DNA of 50,834 nucleotides from a bacterium (GTDB lineage Bacteria; Krumholzibacteriota; Krumholzibacteriia; LZORAL124-64-63): NCBI GenBank assembly GCA_031441465.1, contig JANOEP010000041.1, positions 1 to 50,834 of the forward strand, read 5' to 3'. Shown piece by piece: positions 46,325 to 50,834 of this stretch (position 1 is its first letter; each line of letters starts with the position of its first letter). The notes under the pieces were generated by a model. It saw only the letters and a program-made list of their open reading frames with translations, ran no database searches and was not told where the DNA came from. The position numbers and the translations under genes were made by a program.

Positions 46325-47061
46325 CAGCCCCCCCGCGGCGCATCGTCCTGACCCGGGAAGCGGCCCAGTGCCGCGCCTGGCGGGAATCCCTGGCGACCGC
46401 CGGCGCCGCGGTGCTGGAACTGCCCCTGCTGCGCTTCACGCCCCTGACGCCGCCCGCGGGCCTCGACCCCGCCGACTTCGACTGGATCCTGTTCACCTCG
46501 CCGCAGGGCGTGCACGCCTTCGCCGACGCCGGCCTGTCCCAGGGCGACGCCAGGATCGGCGCCCTCGGCGATGGCATCGGCGGCGGCACCGCCGCCGCCC
46601 TGGCCGAACACGGCTGGCATGACGATCTGGGCGCGCGCTGCCGAGACGGGGCCGAACTGGCCCGCGCCTTCATCGCCGCCGGCGCGGCGCCGGCCCGCGT
46701 GCTGCTGCCCGGCCCCGACCGCCGGCTGCCCGAACCGGCCGCCGGCCTGCGCGCCGCCGGCTGCGCGGTCGTCGAGCTGCCCCTGTACCGCACCGAGCCG
46801 ATCCCCGCGCAGGACCTGCCCCCGCACCCCTTCGTGGAGGGCGACCTCGTCTTCTTCGCGAGCCCGTCGGCCGTGGGCGCCTTCGTCGCGGCTTACTCGT
46901 TCCGCCCGCCCTGCGTCGCGATCGGGGAGACCACGGCCGCCGCCGCCCGCGCCGCCGGCTTCGACCCCCTGGTCGCCGACGCGCCCGACCTGTCAGCCAT
47001 GGCCCGGGCCTGCGGCCTGGGTCCCGTCAAGGACCCTTCATTCCCGGAGATGCCGTCATGA
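46321..47061 (+). CDS. hemD: Uroporphyrinogen-III synthase
   Basis: IVLTRE, DWILFTSPQGV, FASPSAV, AIGETT; position in the hem operon. Confidence 0.88.
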   Translation: MTAPPRRIVLTREAAQCRAWRESLATAGAAVLELPLLRFTPLTPPAGLDPADFDWILFTSPQGVHAFADAGLSQGDARIGALGDGIGGGTAAALAEHGWHDDLGARCRDGAELARAFIAAGAAPARVLLPGPDRRLPEPAAGLRAAGCAVVELPLYRTEPIPAQDLPPHPFVEGDLVFFASPSAVGAFVAAYSFRPPCVAIGETTAAAARAAGFDPLVADAPDLSAMARACGLGPVKDPSFPEMPS

Positions 47062-48032
47062 ACCTGCTGCACCGCCCCCGCCGCCTGCGCACGACGCCGC
47101 TGATGAGGGAACTCGTGGCCGAGACCGACATCGCGGCCCGCCACCTGATCACCCCGCACTTCGTCGTCGAGGGACGCGGCCACGTCGACGAGATCGCGAG
47201 CATGCCCGGCGTCACGCACGTCTCGGTCGACAAGCTGGTCGAGGAAGTGGCCGCCGACGTCGAACTCGGTCTGCGCTCGCACCTGCTGTTCGGGATCCCC
47301 GAGCACAAGGACGACCACGGCACCGCGGCCGTCGCCGAGAACGGCCTGGTGCCGCAGGCCCTGAAGGCCCTGCGCGACCGCTTCGGCCGGGACATCGTGC
47401 TGGTGACCGACGTCTGCCTGTGCGCCTACACGAGCCACGGCCACTGCGGTTTTCTCGAAGACGGCGTCGTGGTCAACGACCCCAGCGCCGAGCAGCTGGC
47501 GCGCATGGCCCTGGCCCACGCCAAGGCCGGCGCCGACCTCGTCAGCCCGAGCGACATGATGGACGGCCGCGTCGGCGCCATCCGCGACCGGCTGGACGAC
47601 GAGGGCTTCGTCAACACCTCGATCCTGGCCTACTCGGCGAAGTTCGCCAGCGCCTACTACGGGCCCTTCCGCGACGCCTGCGACAGCGCGCCGCGCGGCG
47701 ACCGCAAGACCTACCAGATGGACTCGCGCAACGGCCGCGAGGCGCTGCTCGAGGCGCTGCTCGACATGGAGGAGGGCGCCGACATGGTCATGGTCAAGCC
47801 GGCGCTGGCCTACCTGGACATCGTGCGCCGCGTGCGCGAGCAGGCGCTCTGCCCGGTGGTCTGCTACAACGTCAGCGGCGAGTACTCGATGGTGAAGGCC
47901 GCCGTGAAGGCCGGCTTCGCCGACGAGCGCGCCGTCGTCATGGAGAACCTGCTGGGCATGCGCCGCGCGGGCGCCGACCTGATCATCACCTACCACGGCC
48001 GCGACGCCCTGCGCGGGGGGTGGATCCGATGA
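47058..48032 (+). CDS. hemB: Porphobilinogen synthase
   Basis: RPRRLR, DVCLCAYTSHGHCG, SDMMDGRV, YGPFRDA, MVKPA. Confidence 0.96.
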   Translation: MNLLHRPRRLRTTPLMRELVAETDIAARHLITPHFVVEGRGHVDEIASMPGVTHVSVDKLVEEVAADVELGLRSHLLFGIPEHKDDHGTAAVAENGLVPQALKALRDRFGRDIVLVTDVCLCAYTSHGHCGFLEDGVVVNDPSAEQLARMALAHAKAGADLVSPSDMMDGRVGAIRDRLDDEGFVNTSILAYSAKFASAYYGPFRDACDSAPRGDRKTYQMDSRNGREALLEALLDMEEGADMVMVKPALAYLDIVRRVREQALCPVVCYNVSGEYSMVKAAVKAGFADERAVVMENLLGMRRAGADLIITYHGRDALRGGWIR

Positions 48033-49312
48033 GCAACGCCGCCTGGTGGGAGCGCGCGCAGGAGGCGCTGCCCGGCGGGGTCAATTCGCCGGTGCGCGCC
48101 TTCAAGTCGGTGCCCGGCGACCCCCTGTTCTTCCGCAGCGCGCGGGGCGCCCGCTTCACCGACGAGGACGGCCGCGAGTACCTCGACTACTGCCAGAGCT
48201 GGGGACCGATGATCCTCGGCCACGCCGACCCCGACGTGCAGGCGGCGATCTTCGAGGCCGTGCGCGAGGGCGCGAGCTTCGGCGCGCCGAGTCGCCGCGA
48301 GGTCCTGCTCGCCGAGGCCTTCCTGGCCCGCCTGCCCTGGTGCGACCGCGTGCGTTTCGTCAGCTCGGGCACCGAAGCCGTGATGAGCGCGGTGCGGCTG
48401 GCCCGCGGCTTCACCGGCCGCGACCTGATCGTGAAGTTCGCGGGCTGCTACCACGGGCACGTCGACAGCCTGCTGGTGGACGCGGGCAGCGGCCTGGCGA
48501 CCTTCGGCACCCCGAGCAGCGGCGGCGTCCCGGCCGACGTCACGCGCCACACGGCCGTGCTGCCGCTGGCCGACGGGGACCGCCTGCGGGACTTCTTCGC
48601 GGCCCACGGCGACGAGGTCGCGGCGCTGATCATCGAGCCCGTCCCGGCCAACGCGGGCCTGCTGCTGCAGACACCGGAGTTCCTGCGCCTCTGCCGCGAG
48701 TTGACGGCGGCGCACGGCGCCCTGCTGATCTTCGACGAGGTCATCAGCGGCTTCCGCGTTGCAGCGGGCGGCGCGGCCGAGCTGTACGGCATCGAGCCCG
48801 ACCTCGGCACCTACGGCAAGATCATCGGCGGCGGGATGCCCGTCGGCGCCTACGCCGGCCGGCGCGCGGTCATGGAGATGGTGTCGCCCCTGGGACCGGT
48901 CTACCAGGCCGGCACCCTGAGCGGGAACCCGGTGGCGATGGCCGCGGGCCTCGCGACGCTCGCGCGACTGGGCCGGCCGGGATTCTACGAAGATCTGGAG
49001 CGCAAGGGGGCGCGGCTCGAGGCAGGCCTGCGCGAGGCGGCCCGCGCGGCCGGCGCCGTCGCGACCGTGGTGCGGCAGGGCTCGTTGTTCTGGACGGTGT
49101 TCCAGGCGACCGCGCCGGACCGTTTCGACGCGATCGACGGCGCTCGCATGCCGACGTACGGCCGCCTGCACCGCGCGCTGATCGAGCGCGGCGTCTACCT
49201 GGCGCCGTCGGGCTGGGAGGTGGGCTTCGTGTCCGCCGCCCACACCGACGCCGACATCGACACGACGGTCGCGGCCGCGCGCGAGGCGCTGGCCGTCACG
49301 CTCGCCGGCTGA
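48029..49312 (+). CDS. hemL: Glutamate-1-semialdehyde 2,1-aminomutase
   Basis: PGGVNSPVRAF, SGTEAVMSAVRLARG, FDEVISGFR, GKIIGGGMP, YQAGTLSGNP. Confidence 0.96.
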   Translation: MSNAAWWERAQEALPGGVNSPVRAFKSVPGDPLFFRSARGARFTDEDGREYLDYCQSWGPMILGHADPDVQAAIFEAVREGASFGAPSRREVLLAEAFLARLPWCDRVRFVSSGTEAVMSAVRLARGFTGRDLIVKFAGCYHGHVDSLLVDAGSGLATFGTPSSGGVPADVTRHTAVLPLADGDRLRDFFAAHGDEVAALIIEPVPANAGLLLQTPEFLRLCRELTAAHGALLIFDEVISGFRVAAGGAAELYGIEPDLGTYGKIIGGGMPVGAYAGRRAVMEMVSPLGPVYQAGTLSGNPVAMAAGLATLARLGRPGFYEDLERKGARLEAGLREAARAAGAVATVVRQGSLFWTVFQATAPDRFDAIDGARMPTYGRLHRALIERGVYLAPSGWEVGFVSAAHTDADIDTTVAAAREALAVTLAG

Positions 49313-50100
49313 GCGGGCGTCACGGAGACCGTCGAGCGCTCCGACCCGGCGCGCCCGTGGCAACCGAGGCACAGGCCGTCCGGCCCGTCGAGCGCGACCA
49401 GCAGGTCGGCGGTCTCGCCCGCGATGCGGTGGCAGGTCTGACACTCGATCCGGCCGTCGAAGAGTTCGAGCCGCCCGTCGATCCGCGGCTTGACCGGGAA
49501 TCCGCCGCCGCCGCCGGAGCGCGCGGCGACGCCGTAGGGATGGCTGGCGTGCTCGGCGAAGCGCGGGGCCACGGAAGTGAGCCGCTGCGCGCCGGCGTCG
49601 CCCCCTGCGTTGCCGTGGCAGAGCAGGCAGCTCTGCGACGGCGTCAGACCGGCGAGCCGGGAAGAGTCGGCGTGATAGACGGCCGCCGCCGCGCGATGGT
49701 CGTCGCTCAGGGCCGCCAGGTCACCGCCAGGCGCGTGGCACGACCGGCAGAGGGCGCGGGCCGACGCGTCGTCGTGCGCGAAGCGGAAGACGACGGCGCC
49801 GGCGCGGATCTCCTCGGGCGCGTGGTAAGCGTGGCACTCGAGACAACCGCGGTCGGGCCGCGCGTGGAACGTCAGCAGGACCGCGTCACCGCGCGCCGCA
49901 CCGGCGTGGCAGCTGCGGCAGGCGGTGTCGCCGCCGTAGACGATCGGCGCCCCGCTGCCGGCATGGCAGCGGTCGCAGGCAACCAGTTCGTGGGCCGAAC
50001 CCGCCCCGGCGGAGCGACCCGCGACCATCATGACGAGGATCGCCATGACCATCGCCAAGCCCGCGCGAAAATTGATTGGAAGAACGGAAATTTTTCTCAT
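49195..50100 (-). CDS. Periplasmic heptaheme c-type cytochrome
   Basis: Signal peptide; CDRCH, CRSCH, CLECH, CRSCH, CLLCH, CQTCH, CLGCH. Confidence 0.88.
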   Translation of the reverse strand: MRKISVLPINFRAGLAMVMAILVMMVAGRSAGAGSAHELVACDRCHAGSGAPIVYGGDTACRSCHAGAARGDAVLLTFHARPDRGCLECHAYHAPEEIRAGAVVFRFAHDDASARALCRSCHAPGGDLAALSDDHRAAAAVYHADSSRLAGLTPSQSCLLCHGNAGGDAGAQRLTSVAPRFAEHASHPYGVAARSGGGGGFPVKPRIDGRLELFDGRIECQTCHRIAGETADLLVALDGPDGLCLGCHGRAGSERSTVSVTPAQPASVTASASRAAATVVSMSASVWAADTKPTSQPDGAR

Positions 50101-50255
50101 TGTGCGTTATCTATCGGCATATCAAAATTTCACCTTGAGAGGAAAATTGCCGGTCCTCGCGGGTAACGATCATCATGATCAATACGTTGGAAAAAAAACG
50201 GGAATTCTCCCTGTTTCGCACTATATACTAGGGAGCCGTGGGGGTTTCCCCGCCG

Positions 50256-50834
50256 ATGATGGGACTTGCGACGGGATCAGGTCATCCGGTGCAACTCAGT
50301 AAGTCAACAATCGCTATCGCCGGGATCGCCTCGCTCCTGGTTCTCGCCGCCGATGCCGCCCGCGCGCTCGACGGCCAGTTCGACGTTCAGGGCAACCGCC
50401 AGCAAGGCCGCGCCGGCGGCGAAGCCTACACGACCAGTTCCCTCTACCTCGACGATTCCTACGAGCAGGTTTTCCGCCTCGCGCCCGGTCTCGCTGGCCG
50501 CCTCCAGTTCCGCAACCGCCGCGAGGATCTGAGCAGCCGCTTCGGCGGCATCGAGAGCGACCTCACGACCGTCCTCGATCAGCCCTCGGTTTCGCTGACC
50601 TATCGCGGCGGCAACCTGCGGGCGCTGCTCTCCGCGGGCGCCTTCCGCAAGACCTGGCGCGGCGCCGGCCTGGACGGGATCCGCGACGAGCGGCTGGACT
50701 GGGGCGCCAATGTGCGCGGCGTACCCGCTTGGGGGGACTGGTACCTGCGCTACAGCGACACCGCCTCCTGGCGGCGCGAAACGCCCCCGACGGAAACCGA
50801 GAACCGCGACCGGATGCTGAGCGCCGGCATCCAG
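50256..50834 (+). CDS. Partial CDS running off the window end; probable outer-membrane beta-barrel protein
   Basis: Open frame from ATG 50256 (or GTG 50289) to the end; signal peptide ..ARA-LDGQF; alternating strands (QPSVSLTYRG, DWYLRYSD); absent from the ORF track because it has no stop. Confidence 0.7.
   Translation, partial: MMGLATGSGHPVQLSKSTIAIAGIASLLVLAADAARALDGQFDVQGNRQQGRAGGEAYTTSSLYLDDSYEQVFRLAPGLAGRLQFRNRREDLSSRFGGIESDLTTVLDQPSVSLTYRGGNLRALLSAGAFRKTWRGAGLDGIRDERLDWGANVRGVPAWGDWYLRYSDTASWRRETPPTETENRDRMLSAGIQ

Overview
High-GC bacterial chromosomal window with about 47 protein-coding genes. I recognised no rRNA, tRNA, CRISPR array or transposase. Three secreted proteins end in an 'NP(F/C)NP...' FlgD-Ig-type tail and one ends in 'SWGGIKAQYR', which suggests an FCB-group organism such as Krumholzibacteriota/Latescibacterota (inference). 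From left to right the window holds: two tandem thioredoxin-like [2Fe-2S] ferredoxins; a ~1450-aa secreted gluzincin-like protein; PHP and AAA genes; a deleted acr3 relic; ric; a sigma54-type DUF4398/OmpA pair; two convergent arsenic operons (arsR-acr3-trx/arsC-arsP and arsR-arsE-trx-ccdA/arsG-arsF); an AT-richer HEPN-motif gene that looks like a decayed integron cassette; a small-protein/nucleotidyltransferase pair; housekeeping genes (Ser/Thr dehydratase, mqnE, def); several c-type cytochromes; a Crp/Fnr-linked heme-porin/YceI/cytochrome operon; a two-component system; a C10 protease; hemCDBL; and a heptaheme cytochrome divergent from a beta-barrel gene. The best candidate for an undescribed system is a compact minus-strand operon at 39056-41318. 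It encodes a 63-aa Cys-rich peptide with a leader-like 'IEELEERLE' segment (hidden inside a longer ORF in the supplied track), an LpxL/LPLAT-like acyltransferase with a possible C-terminal RRE-like domain, and a YydH-like M50 peptidase, i.e. a putative lipidated RiPP pathway. All family calls come from reading motifs by eye, not from database searches.
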